64,000 bases of DNA from the NCBI GenBank assembly GCA_964016885.1, contig OZ024763.1, forward strand, positions 3,782,001 through 3,846,000, read 5' to 3'. This DNA is from Eledone cirrhosa (Eukaryota). The notes under the pieces were generated by a model that saw nothing but the letters and a program-made list of their open reading frames with translations, ran no database searches and had not been told where the DNA came from. Both the position numbers and the translations under genes were made by a program. Positions 1-14,000 of this stretch are shown piece by piece. Every line of letters begins with the position of its first letter. Position 1 is the first letter of the stretch.

Positions 1-774
1 AAGGTAAAACCTTTACTGTGAAAATACAATAGTATATATAGAGTAATGTAAATATTATGTGAGATATTATGTAAGGTAAAACCTTTACTGTGAAAATACA
101 ATAGTATATATAGAGTAATGTAAATGTTATGTGAGATATTATGTAAGGTAAAACCTTTACTGTGAAAATACAATATTATATATAGAGTAATGTAAATATT
201 ATGTGAGATATTATATAAGGTAAAACCTTTACTGTGAAAATACAATAGTATATATAGAGTAATGTAAATATTATGTGAGATATTATGTAAGGTAAAACCT
301 TTACTGTGAAAATACAATAGTATATATAGAGTAATGTAAATATTATGTGAGATATTATGTAAGGTAAAACCTTTACTGTGAAAATACAATAGTATATATA
401 GAGTAATGTAAATATTATGTAAGGTAAAACCTTTACTGTGAAAATACAATAGTATATATAGAGTAATGTAAATATTATGTGAGATATTATGTAAGGTAAA
501 ACCTTTACTGTGAAAATACAATAGTATATATAGAGTAATGTAAATATTATGTGAGATATTATGTAAGGTAAAACCTTTACTGTGAAAATACAATAGTATA
601 TATAGAGTAATGTAAATGTTATGTGACATATTATGTAAGGTAAAACCTTTACTGTGAAAATACAATAGTATATATAGAGTAATGTAAATGTTATGTGAGA
701 TATTATGTAAGGTAAAGCCTTTACTGTGAAAATACAATAGTATATATAGAGTAATGTAAATGCTAAACAGTTAA
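1..774 (+). repeat. 72-bp tandem minisatellite (about 10 units, open at window start), ending in a piggyBac-MITE-like terminus
   Basis: Unit AAGGTAAAACCTTTACTGTGAAAATACAATAGTATATATAGAGTAATGTAAATATTATGTGAGATATTATGT, with one 60-bp unit at 361-420. The array ends in TAAATGCTAAACAG-TTAA, similar to the right end of the element at 38323-38575. Confidence 0.9.
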
Positions 775-885
775 AAAAAAAGGAAAAAACCCAAAGCCCC
801 CACTCCAGAACCCCTGCCCGCCCCAAAAAAAAACAAACCCCAAAACAGAAAGAAAAAGAAACAAGAAAGACAACTCCATCCTCAC

Positions 886-1062
886 CTCCAACTTCTTTGG
901 TTTCAATGACGCAAGACGCATTATGGGGGAAAGCGTAATCAGAACAATTTGCTGCAAATTTTGACTTTTCTTTCTTGGCAAATTCCTTAACGCTAGTCTG
1001 ACATTTGGAGCCAGGAAGAGTACTCTGACATTGGAAACACTGAAGACTGGACACACTCACAA
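886..1062 (-). CDS. Internal exon of a probable Ly6/uPAR (three-finger, quiver/sleepless-like) secreted or GPI-anchored protein
   Basis: Acceptor ttttccctccaattccag at 1063-1080 and donor GTGAG at 885. 177 bp, phase 1-1. Translates to VSVSSLQCFQCQSTLPGSKCQTSVKEFAKKEKSKFAANCSDYAFPHNASCVIETKEVG; the LxCxxC...C...C...C pattern right after a signal-peptide end is typical of LU-domain first exons. Other exons were not located. Confidence 0.65.
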
Positions 1063-1179
1063 CTGGAATTGGAGGGAAAATGGTTTCAGCTCGGATTTTG
1101 GTTTGGGGGTTATGTTATGTTAAAATCTATCACTGTTGCTGCTGTTGTTGGTAGCAACAACAGCAGCAACAGTCCCTAA

Positions 1180-1721
1180 GTAGTGGTAGTGGTAGTGGTG
1201 GTAGTAGTGTGGTGGTAGTAGTGGTGGCGGTAGTGGTAGTAGTAGTAGAGGTGGTTAGAGTAGTGGTATTAGTAGTAGTGTGGTGGTTAGAGTAGTGGTA
1301 GTAGTAGTGGTGGTGGTGGTTAAAGTAGTGGTAGTGGTGGTGGTGGTTAGAGTAGTGGTAGTAGTGTGGTGGTAGTAGTGGTGGCGGTAGTGGTAGTAGT
1401 AGTAGTGGTGGTTAGAGTAGTGTGGTGGTTAGAGTAGTGGTAGTAGTAGTGGTGGTGGTAGCAGTAGTGGTAGTAGTAGTGGTGGTGGTTAAAGTAGTGG
1501 TAGTGGTGGTGGTGGTTAGAGTAGTAGTAATAGTGTGGTGGTAGTAGTGGTGGCGGTAGTGGTAGTAGTAGTAGTGGTGGTTAGAGTAGTGGTATTAGTA
1601 GTAGTGTGGTGGTTAGAGTAGTGGTAGTAGTAGTAGTGTGGTGGTAGTAGTGGTGGTGGTGGTCCTAGTGGTGGTAGTGGTAGTGGTTGGGTTGCTGGTG
1701 GTAGAAGTAGTGGTGGTGTTG

Positions 1722-1764
<43 letters not shown>

Positions 1765-1770
1765 TAGTGT
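1180..1770. repeat. Compound (GGT)n/(AGT)n trinucleotide low-complexity tract
   Basis: Seen directly in the sequence. Confidence 0.95.
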
Positions 1771-1789
1771 AATAATCAGCCATTTTTCT

Positions 1790-1928
1790 TCAAGAGCCCA
1801 TGTTGGCTACAGATTATTCCAGACTTTCTTAGATTTACTAAGAGAGCCGAATGGGCAGGAATGTAGCCCATGTGGGTTGCAGACTGTTCCAGAATGGTTT
1901 AGATTTACTCAGAAAGCTGAATGGGTAG

Positions 1929-1986
<58 letters not shown>

Positions 1987-2545
1987 CAGCTCACACCTAT
2001 GCAGGCTTAGCTGGCCTCCTCCAAGGTATATCTCGTCGAAGGTCTCTTGAGTGATTTAATGATAGGGACTCCAGTCCCTATCATCTCCTTTCTACAGCTG
2101 AGTAAACTGGAGCAACGTGAAATAAAGTGTCTTGCTCAAGGAAACAACACATCACGCGGTCCGAGAATTGAACTCACAACCTTTCGATTGCAAGCCCAAT
2201 GCTCTAACCACTAAGCCATGCGCCTTCACTTGTGGGCTGCAGACTGTTCTAGAAGGGTTTAGATTTACTCATAAAGCTGAATGGGTAGGAGTGTAGCTCT
2301 TGTGGGTTGTAGACTGTTCTAGAATGTTCTAAATTTATCCAGAAAGCCGACTGGGCTGTGTGACCCATGTGTACTTTGGATGGTTCTAGAAAGTTCTAAA
2401 TTTACTCAGAAAGCTGAATGAGATGAAATGTAGCCATTGTTGGTTGTGGGTTGTTCTAGAAAGTTCTAAATTTACTCAGAAAGCTGAATGAGATGAAATG
2501 TAGCTATTGCTGGTCGTGGGTTGTTCTAGAAAGTTCCAGATTAAA
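1790..2545. repeat. Degenerate ~70-bp tandem repeat interrupted by (GT)n and a SINE fragment
   Basis: Recurring TGGGTTG..GACTGTTCTAGAA..TTTACTCAGAAAGCTGAATG..TGTAGC. Confidence 0.75.
2060..2227 (-). mobile_element. tRNA-derived SINE family A, 5' part
   Basis: Reverse complement of the head and core of the SINE at 3428-3766. Confidence 0.8.
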
Positions 2546-3427
2546 CTCAGCAATTCTTCTTTGTCATACATCAGTAGATACGAACAAAGATGTCACCAAG
2601 CCTTGAAATTATGTAATGATTAAGCTATTTCTTATATACCAGGATGTCTTTAATATTAGGTGTGTTTTCCTTGATATAAATAGCTAGCAGTTATTGTTGG
2701 TGGTGGTGGTATCGTGGTATTGTTGAGGATGTTTAACCCTAGGCCAGACCAGGTCACATTGACCTATGATCACAAAACAGTTTTTTTATGTAAGTAGCTA
2801 ACATTTGTTGTTGTTGTTGTTGGGGGTTGGTGGTGGTGTTGTCTTTACTGTGGTTGACACTACTACTATCACCACCATGTATATATATTTATACACATAC
2901 ATATAGGAAGGGCATCCAGCTGTAGAAATCAAGCCAGAATCAGTTCCTGAATGAGCAAGACAAGGTCAACCGACCGGACACTGCCTATATCAGGACAACC
3001 CATCTAACCCATGCTAGCATGGCAGAACGGACGTAAAATGGTGATGATGATGATGATGATGATGATGATATATGTATGTATATAAATAAATATATATATA
3101 CCTATATATATATACAAGCAGGAAAAAGCGGACATAAAATGATGATGATATATATATATACATACCTATATATATATATACATATATATATACCTATATA
3201 TATATGCATATATATATATTTATATACATACATATGTATATTTATATACATACATATATATGTATGTATGTAAATATATATATATATAAATGTGTGTAGA
3301 TAACTATATATATATGTATGTATATAAACATATATATAAATGTGTGTATATAAATATATATATATGTATGTATATAAATATATATATATATATAAATGTG
3401 TGTATATAAATGTGTCTATATATATAT

Positions 3428-3766
3428 GGAGGCACATGGCTTAGTGGTTAGAGCATTGGCCTTGCAATCAAAAGGTTGTGAGTTCAATTCTCAGACCGGG
3501 TGATGTGTTGTTTCCTTGAGCAAGACACTTTATTTCACATTGCTCCAGTTTACTCAGCTGTAGAAATGAGATGATAGGGACTGGGGTCCCTATCATTCCA
3601 CTGCAAAGTGGTCGTGGAGGTGCCACGGCAAAAAAGCACCCAGCACTCACTGTAAATGAGGTTGGTGTTAGGAAGGGCATCCAGCTGTAGAAATCAAGCT
3701 AGAATCAGTTCCCGTCCCACCCTTGCAAGCAGGGAAAAGCGTACGTAAAATGATGATGATGATGAT
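3428..3766 (+). mobile_element. tRNA-derived SINE family A, full length, with RTE-type 3' tail
   Basis: A-box TGGCTTAGTGG, B-box GAGTTCAATTC, central CCTTGAGCAAGACACTT (CORE-like) block, then a 3' end CCCACCCTTGCAAGCAGGGAAAAGCG.ACGTAAAA(TGA)n shared with RTE fragments in this window. Confidence 0.85.
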
Positions 3767-4541
3767 ATATATATATTATATATATATAAATGTGTGTATA
3801 TATATATATATAGCTCTGATTATGGAGTTAATTTAATTATTTTAATTATCTTGGCTGTTTTGGTCATCGAGCAAAACTTGTTAAGGTGGACACCACACAC
3901 ACACACATATACATATGAATATGTGTGAGTATTTCATTATTACATATATATATATTTATATACATATATATTTATATAGATACATATATATATATATTTA
4001 TATATATACATATATATATATTTATATACATACATATATATATATATTTATATACATAAATATATATACATACATATATATATATATTTATATACATACA
4101 TATATATACATATTTATATACATACATATACATATATATATATACATATGTATATAAATATATACATATATAAATATATATATATTTATATAGATACATA
4201 TATATATATATTTATATACATACATATATATATATATTTATATACATACATATATATACATATTTATATACATACATATATATACATATTTATATACATA
4301 CATATCATCATCACCATCATCATCATCATCGTTTAACATCCCTGTTCCACGCTTGTATGGGTTTGGACGGGGGTTTTCCCACTTGAGGCAAGAGTGGTTG
4401 TCTTGCTCGCATAGGACTGTCTGGCGGGTTTTCTACAGTTGGATGCCCTTCCTAACACCATATATATACATATATATATATACATATGTATATAAATATA
4501 TACATATATAAATATATACATATATAAATATATATATATAT

Positions 4542-4572
<31 letters not shown>

Positions 4573-4606
4573 CATATATATTTACACACACACATACACA
4601 CATACA

Positions 4607-4647
<41 letters not shown>

Positions 4648-4781
4648 ATTTATATACATACATATATATACATATTTATATACATACATATACATATATA
4701 TATATACATATGTATATAAATATATACATATGTATATAAATATATACATATATAAATATATACATATATAAATATATACAA

Positions 4782-4894
<113 letters not shown>

Positions 4895-4899
4895 TATAC

Positions 4900-4966
<67 letters not shown>

Positions 4967-5019
4967 TAGATAGATAGATAGATAGATACATATATATTTA
5001 CACACACACATACACACAT

Positions 5020-5066
<47 letters not shown>

Positions 5067-5499
5067 GGCTGTAAACTCTGCTAAAAGTATTGCAATCACT
5101 TGTCAGATTACAGAGTTTGGTGTACTTTTAGGCTATGGGAAGCTACCCAAACCTGGAACAGATCCTGAACAAGCAATGCCTCTGCTTTGAAGCTTTTTTT
5201 AACATATATACAGACATATAGATATACACATACATATATAGTCACATACAATATATTATATATACAGTTATATACACTCCAAATATATATACAACATATT
5301 CTATATACAGTCACATACAGACCAAATATATATACAATATATTATGTATACAGTTATATAGATACCAAATATATATACAATATATTATATATACAGTTAT
5401 ATACATACCAAATATATATACAATATATTATATATACAGTCACATACAGACCAAATATATATACAATATATTATATATACAGTCACATACAGACCAAAT

Positions 5500-6858
5500 A
5501 TCATCATCATCATCATCATCATCATCAGGTTTAGCGTCCGTGTTCCACGCTTGCATGGGTTTGGACGGGGGTTTTCCCACTTGAGGCAAGAGTGGTTGTC
5601 TTGCTCGCATAGGACTGTCTGGCGGGTTTTCTACAGTTGGATGCCCTTCCTAACACCAACCACATTTACAGTGTGGGGCTGGGAGGTTTTTACCATGTTG
5701 CCTACACGGCCACATTACAGCGTGGACTGTCTGGCGGGTTTTCTACAGTTGGATGCCCTTCCTAACACCAACCACATTTACAGTGTGGGGTTGGGAGGTT
5801 TTTACCGTGTTGCCTACACGGCCACATTTACAGCGTGGACTGTGTGTTTTTTGTCGTGACACCTACACGATCTCATTTGTTGCGGCCTGGATGTTGTGGG
5901 ACCAACATAACTGTACATTGAAAGGGGCGGTGTGGATGGGGTGGAGGTGGTGGGACGGGGGGGTGTTTTGATAGAGATGCCTACTAGGTTTTTACTTTGT
6001 ATTTAGGTAAGGCGGGTCTTCTCTATTACTGAGTACCGCCAAAGGTCTCGGTCCAGTGACATTGTCTTGGAGAGGTGTAAGCGTGTGAGGTCGGAATTTA
6101 TCAGCTCGTCCCATGTTTTTCTGGGTCTGCCTACTCCGTGGCTACCGTCTATCTTTATTGCCCTGCACTTTGTTATACAGCTGTCGTCTTTCATGCGCAT
6201 CACGTGACCGTACCAACGTAGCCTTCTCTCGAGTAAACAACATCTGATCCCTCTTATTTCTAATTTTTTCCTTAGTTCGTTTATGCTTTGCCGTTCACGT
6301 ATATTACTATTGCACATCCAGCGGAGCATGCAAGCTTCGTTCCTCTCTAGTCTGCATATATCCTCTGCACACAATGCCCAGGTCTCACTGCCATGCAGCA
6401 TTGCTGTTCGTATGCAGGCATCGTATAACCTGCCTTTCATTTTTAGGGAGAACCCTCTAGCGGCTAATAGTGGTATAAGCTCTCTGAACTTTTTCCATCC
6501 AGTTCTGACTCTAGCTACTGTACTTTCAGAGCACCCTCCCCCACTGCTGATTTTGTCACCCAGGTAACGGAAGCTGTCCACTATTTCTATAGAACCCTCT
6601 GCGCAGTTGAAGGAGCTAGTATTTTGTGGGCACTTGCTGCTACTTATTGCACCAGAGCACCGGCCACATGTAAAATCTATGTTCTTAGTTAGCTTACCTG
6701 TGATCCCACTACATCTTTTATGCACCCATACTTTGCATTTGGGACATAAAATGGAGTTTCTACCTACGCCTTTCCTACACACTGAGCATGGCCATTTCCC
6801 AGATGGGACTGCCGCCATATTTTCTTTCCTACAAACTAGAACTTTAGTCTTAGCCAGC
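5500..6858 (-). mobile_element. 5'-truncated RTE-clade LINE: C-terminal ORF (6003-6818), 3' UTR and (ATG)n tail
   Basis: Cys-rich insert CSVCRKGVG..C..C..WVHKRC, FRYLG, LHGSETW, RRLRWYGHV.R and GRPRKTW motifs are typical of RTE RT C-termini. The tail appears as (CAT)n at ~5500-5527. Confidence 0.9.
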
Positions 6859-8029
6859 TATATATATATATACAATACATTATATATACAGTTACATACA
6901 TACCAAATATATATACATTATATTATATACACGGTTATATATATACCAAATATATATACAATATATTATGTATACAGTTATGTACATACCAAATATATAT
7001 ACAACATATTCTATATACAGTCACATACAGACCAAATATATATACAATATATTATGTATACAGTTATATAGATACCAAATATATATATAATATATTATAT
7101 ATACAATACATTATATATACAGTTACATACATACCAAATATATATACAATATATATACAATATATTATATATACAGTTATATACATACCAAATATATATA
7201 TAATATATTATATATACAGTTATATACATACCAAATATATATATATACAATACATTATATATACAGTTACATACATACCAAATATATATACAATATATTA
7301 TATACACGGTTATATATATACCAAATATATATACAATATATTATGTATACAGTTATGTACATACCAAATATATATACAACATATTCTATATACAGTCACA
7401 TACAGACCAAATATATATACAATATATTATGTATACAGTTATATAGATACCAAATATATATATAATATATTATATATACAATACATTATATATACAGTTA
7501 CATACATACCAAATATATATACAATATATATACAATATATTATATATACAGTTATATACATACCAAATATATATATAATATATTATATATACAGTTATAT
7601 ACATACCAAATATATATATATACAATACATTATATATACAGTTACATACATACCAAATATATATACAATATATTATATACACGGTTATATATATACCAAA
7701 TATATATACAATATATTATGTATACAGTTATGTACATACCAAATATATATACAACATATTCTATATACAGTCACATACAGACCAAATATATATACAATAT
7801 ATTATGTATACAGTTATATAGATACCAAATATATATATAATATATTATATATACAATACATTCTATATACAGTTACATACATACCAAATATATATACAAT
7901 ATATTCTATATACAGTCACATACATACCAAATATATATACAATATATTATATATACAGTTACATACATACCAAATATATATATATACAGTTATATACACT
8001 CCAAATATATATACAATATATCATACATA

Positions 8030-8322
8030 CATGAATAATATGAATAACAACTTTATTTAGGTTATAATATTATTTTTGTTTAAATCGGGTTATCATTGTA
8101 TGCAAAGTTATATCATGAATGACAATTTATTATTAAACGGAAAGATAGAGTCTTTTAATTTTACAATATTAAAGAAAATATAAAGGAAGGGGTGAACAGC
8201 GGAGCCAACACCAGAGCAAAAGACAGCAACGTCGAGAGGAGTACTGGGCAACCTCTCTAATGATTTTTGAGGCAAGCCAGCACACTCACAGCGTTGCTTC
8301 GGGTGATGGCGAGGCTGATACC
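8030..8322 (-). mobile_element. Probable 3' end of a CRE-like (REL-endonuclease) non-LTR retrotransposon
   Basis: Minus frame reads GISLAITRSNAVSVLACLKNH*, resembling the CRE C-terminal consensus RISIAIQRGNAASVLG. An AT-rich 3' UTR follows, and the segment sits inside the minisatellite. Confidence 0.45.
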
Positions 8323-9018
8323 AAATATATATACAATATATCATATATACAGTTATATACAGTTATATACAGTTATATACACACCAATATATACACAATA
8401 TAATATAGATACAATATATATATACACTCCAATATATATATACAGTTACATACATACCAAATATATATACAATAGATCAATAGATCATATATTCAGTTAT
8501 ATACACTCCAAATATATATACAATATATATACATACCAAATATATATATAATATATATATACATACATACCAAATATATATACAATATATCATATATATA
8601 GTTATATACACTCCAAATATACAATATATATTTACAATCACATGAAGATCCACCAACATTCCAATAGAGAATACCAATCAATAAATATTAATAAATCAAT
8701 AAATATATATATATCTAGAAAATTCTTACCTATTGTTAGAAGTCCTAAAGTTATGAAGACCCAGTTTAAATGTTGGGGTGACATATTTAATATATGTCTG
8801 TTGCCTCTTAATTCTTCCTTGTACTAACAACCTAACAAAAAAAATCTAGCTTCTATTATCATATATAAATAAATATATATATATATATATATATAGATAG
8901 ATAGATAGATAGACGAATGTATATAAATATATATATATATATATGAATGTATATTTGTATGTATGTGAGTGTGTGTCTGTGTATAAATATTACACCCACT
9001 TTCCCTGCTAGCATTATA

Positions 9019-9067
<49 letters not shown>

Positions 9068-9155
9068 ATATATTACACAATATAGATATGTAAACATATG
9101 TGTATGTATATTTGTGGGTTTGTCTATGTTCTGGTGTGCACATATACAAAAGATA

Positions 9156-9235
<80 letters not shown>

Positions 9236-9238
9236 TAT

Positions 9239-9293
<55 letters not shown>

Positions 9294-9608
9294 TGTGTGT
9301 GTGTGTATGTATGCACGTGTGTGTATTTATGTGTATGACAATATGTATGTTTTATCACCTGATAAGCTTTTGATATGTCAGTGAAGTTTGTGGGTGTGGC
9401 TAGACTCCAGTTTATTTGATTGACAGTTGAGACTCAAAACATTAGATCATGATCTGGCTGACTAATACTCCACAGGATTTTGATTGACAGTCAGATTTCC
9501 CCATGATTGGGTATACATATATTAGTGATGGTTGATGGGTGTGGCTTTACACATTGCTAGATTGACATAATACACACACCTTCCATATACTGTGTTGTTA
9601 TTTCTGTT

Positions 9609-9656
<48 letters not shown>

Positions 9657-9699
9657 AAATATATATATATATTAAAATTCAAATATTAATTTTTTCTCT

Positions 9700-10190
9700 G
9701 CGTACAAAAAGTCGGTTATATGATGCATGTGTGAGGAGCGCGATGCTGCATGGTAGTGAGACATGGGCCGTAACTGCAGAGGATATGCGACGGCTGGAGA
9801 GAAATGAGGCAAACATGCTCCATTGGATGTGCAATGTCAATGTGCGTGAACGACCGAGCATGGATGTGTTGAGAGAGAAACTGTGTCTGAGAGGGATAGA
9901 TTGTAGTGTGCGGGAGAGGAGAGGGAGGTGGTATGGACATGTGATGCGCATGGAGGATGACCAATGGGTGAAGAAGTGCCAACAAATGCCAGTTGAAGGA
10001 AGACGTAGTAGAGGTAGACCACGAAAAACATGGGCGGAGGTGGTGAGAGCAGACCTCAGATCGCTGAGGCTCACAGTCGAGATGACGAAGGACCGTGACA
10101 AGTGGAGAGATGCTGTGCTGAATATGACCCGTCCCACCCTTGCAAGCAGGGAAAAGGGGAAAAGCGGACGTAAAATGATGATGATGATTA
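9700..10190 (+). mobile_element. RTE LINE 3' fragment with (ATG)n tail
   Basis: LYDACVRSAMLHGSETW...WYGHVMR...GRPRKTW..., ending AAAAGCGGACGTAAAA(TGA)n. Confidence 0.9.
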
Positions 10191-10236
10191 TATATATATG
10201 TATATATATACAAATATATTATAAATATTATATATA

Positions 10237-10303
<67 letters not shown>

Positions 10304-10418
10304 TATATATATATATTATATATTATATATATATATATATTATATATATATATAATATATATATATAATATATATATTATATATTATATATATATATAAT
10401 ATATATATTATATATATA

Positions 10419-10466
<48 letters not shown>

Positions 10467-10506
10467 TATATAATATATATATTATATATTATATATATAT
10501 ATAATA

Positions 10507-10561
<55 letters not shown>

Positions 10562-10650
10562 TATATATATATATAATATATATATTATATATATATTATC
10601 TATATTATATATTATATATATATATATTATATATAAATTATTTATATATA

Positions 10651-10845
10651 TATGAAAAGAGTTAGGACCCTCACAGCTGAGTTCCGGCCGTTTTGACTGG
10701 TTTAGTTCAAATCTAGCTGACTTAACGGCCGGAGCTCAACCGTCGGGGTCCTGACTCTTTTCATATTATCCACCCTACTACCCTAAGTATTGAGTACTCT
10801 GGTGCATTATGGTTCACCTGGTATCTTACCACCCTTCTTTGTTAT
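10651..10845 (+). mobile_element. Hairpin-plus-tail element in (TA)n, Penelope-like terminal fragment
   Basis: Inverted arms ATATGAAAAGAG.AGGACCC / GGGGTCCTGACTCTTTTCATAT, followed by the family tail CTACCCTAAGTATTGAGTACTCTGGTGC. Confidence 0.55.
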
Positions 10846-11084
10846 ATATATGTTGGTCACAAGATAAAAGGTTTGTAGCCCACACATTAACTGCAGTTAG
10901 CATTAGGCAGAGCTCACAGGTGTGGAAACAAAGAGCCAAAATGAGTTCTCTGTGAGCAGGCCACAGTCATCTGAATAATTTTTGACAATTTGCTGCTCAA
11001 TGTCAGTGCTAGATGCCAAGGTAACTATGTAGTTTTGCTTGTGTTTGTCTGATATTACAGGTATGTAGGGTAAGTATACAGGTG

Positions 11085-14000
11085 TTCAGGTAGTTAAGTA
11101 GGTGTATAGAGGTAGGTAGATATGCAGGTATATATAGATGTATAGAGGTAGGTAGATATACAGGTGTATATAGATGTATAGAGGTAGGTAGATATACAGG
11201 TGTATATAGATGTATAGAGGTAGGTAGATATACAGGTGTATATAGATGTATAGAGGTAGGTAGATATACAGGTATATATAGATGTATAGAGGTAGGTAGA
11301 TATGCAGGTGTATATAGATGTATAGAGGTAGGTAGATATACAGGTGTATATAGATGTATAGAGGTAGGTAGATATACAGGTGTATATAGATGTATAGAGG
11401 TAGGTAGATATACAGGTGTATATAGATGTATAGAGGTAGGTAGATATGCAGGTATATATAGATGTATAGAGGTAGGTAGATATATAGATGTATAGAGGTA
11501 GGTAGATATACAGGTATATATAGATGTATAGAGGTAGGTAGATATACAGGTGTATATAGATGTATAGAGGTAGGTAGATATACAGGTATGTATAGAGGTA
11601 GGTAGATATACATGTATATATAGATGTATAGAGGTAGGTAGATATACAGGTATATATAGATGTATAGAGGTAGGTAGATATACAGGTGTATATAGATGTA
11701 TAGAGGTAGGTAGATATACAGGTGTATATAGATGTATAGAGGTAGGTAGATATACAGGTGTATATAGATGTATAGAGGTAGGTAGATATACAGGTATATA
11801 TAGATGTATAGAGGTAGGTAGATATACAGGTATATATAGATGTATAGAGGTAGGTAGATATACAGGTGTATATAGATGTATAGAGGTAGGTAGATATACA
11901 GGTATATATAGATGTATAGAGGTAGGTAGATATACAGGTGTATATAGATGTATAGAGGTAGGTAGATATACAGGTATATATAGATGTATAGAGGTAGGTA
12001 GATATACAGGTGTATATAGATGTATAGAGGTAGGTAGATATACAGGTGTATATAGATGTATAGAGGTAGGTAGATATACAGGTGTATATAGATGTATAGA
12101 GGTAGGTAGATATGCAGGTATATATAGATGTATAGAGGTAGGTAGATATACAGGTGTATATAGATGTATAGAGGTAGGTAGATATACAGGTATATATAGA
12201 TGTATAGAGGTAGGTAGATATACAGGTGTATATAGATGTATAGAGGTAGGTAGATATACAGGTGTATATAGATGTATAGAGGTAGGTAGATATACAGGTG
12301 TATATAGATGTATAGAGGTAGGTAGATATACAGGTGTATATAGATGTATAGAGGTAGGTAGATATACAGGTATATATAGATGTATAGAGGTAGGTAGATA
12401 TACAGGTGTATATAGATGTATAGAGGTAGGTAGATATACAGGTGTATATAGATGTATAGAGGTAGGTAGATATACAGGTGTATATAGATGTATAGAGGTA
12501 GGTAGATATGCAGGTATATATAGATGTATAGAGGTAGGTAGATATATAGATGTATAGAGGTAGGTAGATATACAGGTGTATATAGATGTATAGAGGTAGG
12601 TAGATATACAGGTATATATAGATGTATAGAGGTAGGTAGATATACAGGTATATATAGATGTATAGAGGTAGGTAGATATACAGGTATATATAGATGTATA
12701 GAGGTAGGTAGATATACAGGTGTATATAGATGTATAGAGGTAGGTAGATATACAGGTGTATATAGATGTATAGAGGTAGGTAGATATGCAGGTATATATA
12801 GATGTATAGAGGTAGGTAGATATATAGATGTATAGAGGTAGGTAGATATACAGGTGTATATAGATGTATAGAGGTAGGTAGATATACAGGTATATATAGA
12901 TGTATAGAGGTAGGTAGATATACAGGTATATATAGATGTATAAAGGTAGGTAGATATACAGGTGTATATAGATGTATAGAGGTAGGTAGATATACAGGTG
13001 TATATAGATGTATAGAGGTAGGTAGATATACAGGTGTATATAGATGTATAGAGGTAGGTAGATATACAGGTATATATAGATGTATAGAGGTAGGTAGATA
13101 TACAGGTATATATAGATGTATAGAGGTAGGTAGATATACAGGTGTATATAGATGTATAGAGGTAGGTAGATATACAGGTATATATAGATGTATAGAGGTA
13201 GGTAGATATACAGGTGTATATAGATGTATAGAGGTAGGTAGATATACAGGTGTATATAGATGTATAGAGGTAGGTAGATATACAGGTATATATAGATGTA
13301 TAGAGGTAGGTAGATATACAGGTGTATATAGATGTATAGAGGTAGGTAGATATACAGGTATATATAGATGTATAGAGGTAGGTAGATATACAGGTGTATA
13401 TAGATGTATAGAGGTAGGTAGATATACAGGTATATATAGATGTATAGAGGTAGGTAGATATACAGGTGTATATAGATGTATAGAGGTAGGTAGATATACA
13501 GGTATATATAGATGTATAGAGGTAGGTAGATATACAGGTGTATATAGATGTATAGAGGTAGGTAGATATACAGGTGTATATAGATGTATAGAGGTAGGTA
13601 GATATACAGGTATATATAGATGTATAGAGGTAGGTAGATATACAGGTATATATAGATGTATAGAGGTAGGTAGATATACAGGTGTATATAGATGTATAGA
13701 GGTAGGTAGATATACAGGTGTATATAAATGTATAGAGGTAGGTAGATATACAGGTATATATAGATGTATAGAGGTAGGTAGATATACAGGTATGTATAGA
13801 GGTAGGTAGATATACATGTATATATAGATGTATAGAGGTAGGTAGATATACAGGTATATATAGATGTATAGAGGTAGGTAGATATACAGGTGTATATAGA
13901 TGTATAGAGGTAGGTAGATATACAGGTGTATATAGATGTATAGAGGTAGGTAGATATACAGGTGTATATAGATGTATAGAGGTAGGTAGATATACAGGTA

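Larger units (their letters stand above)
5230..8630. repeat. ~41-bp AT-rich minisatellite with a 375-bp higher-order duplication; hosts LINE insertions
   Basis: Unit TATACAGTTATATACATACCAAATATATATACAATATATTA. Identical spurious ORFs at 7095 and 7470 are 375 bp apart. Confidence 0.85.

Noticed and set aside
176-885. Hydrophobic repeat extension of the 294-aa ORF
   Set aside because: It is read-through past the splice donor at 885 into intron and the 72-bp satellite.
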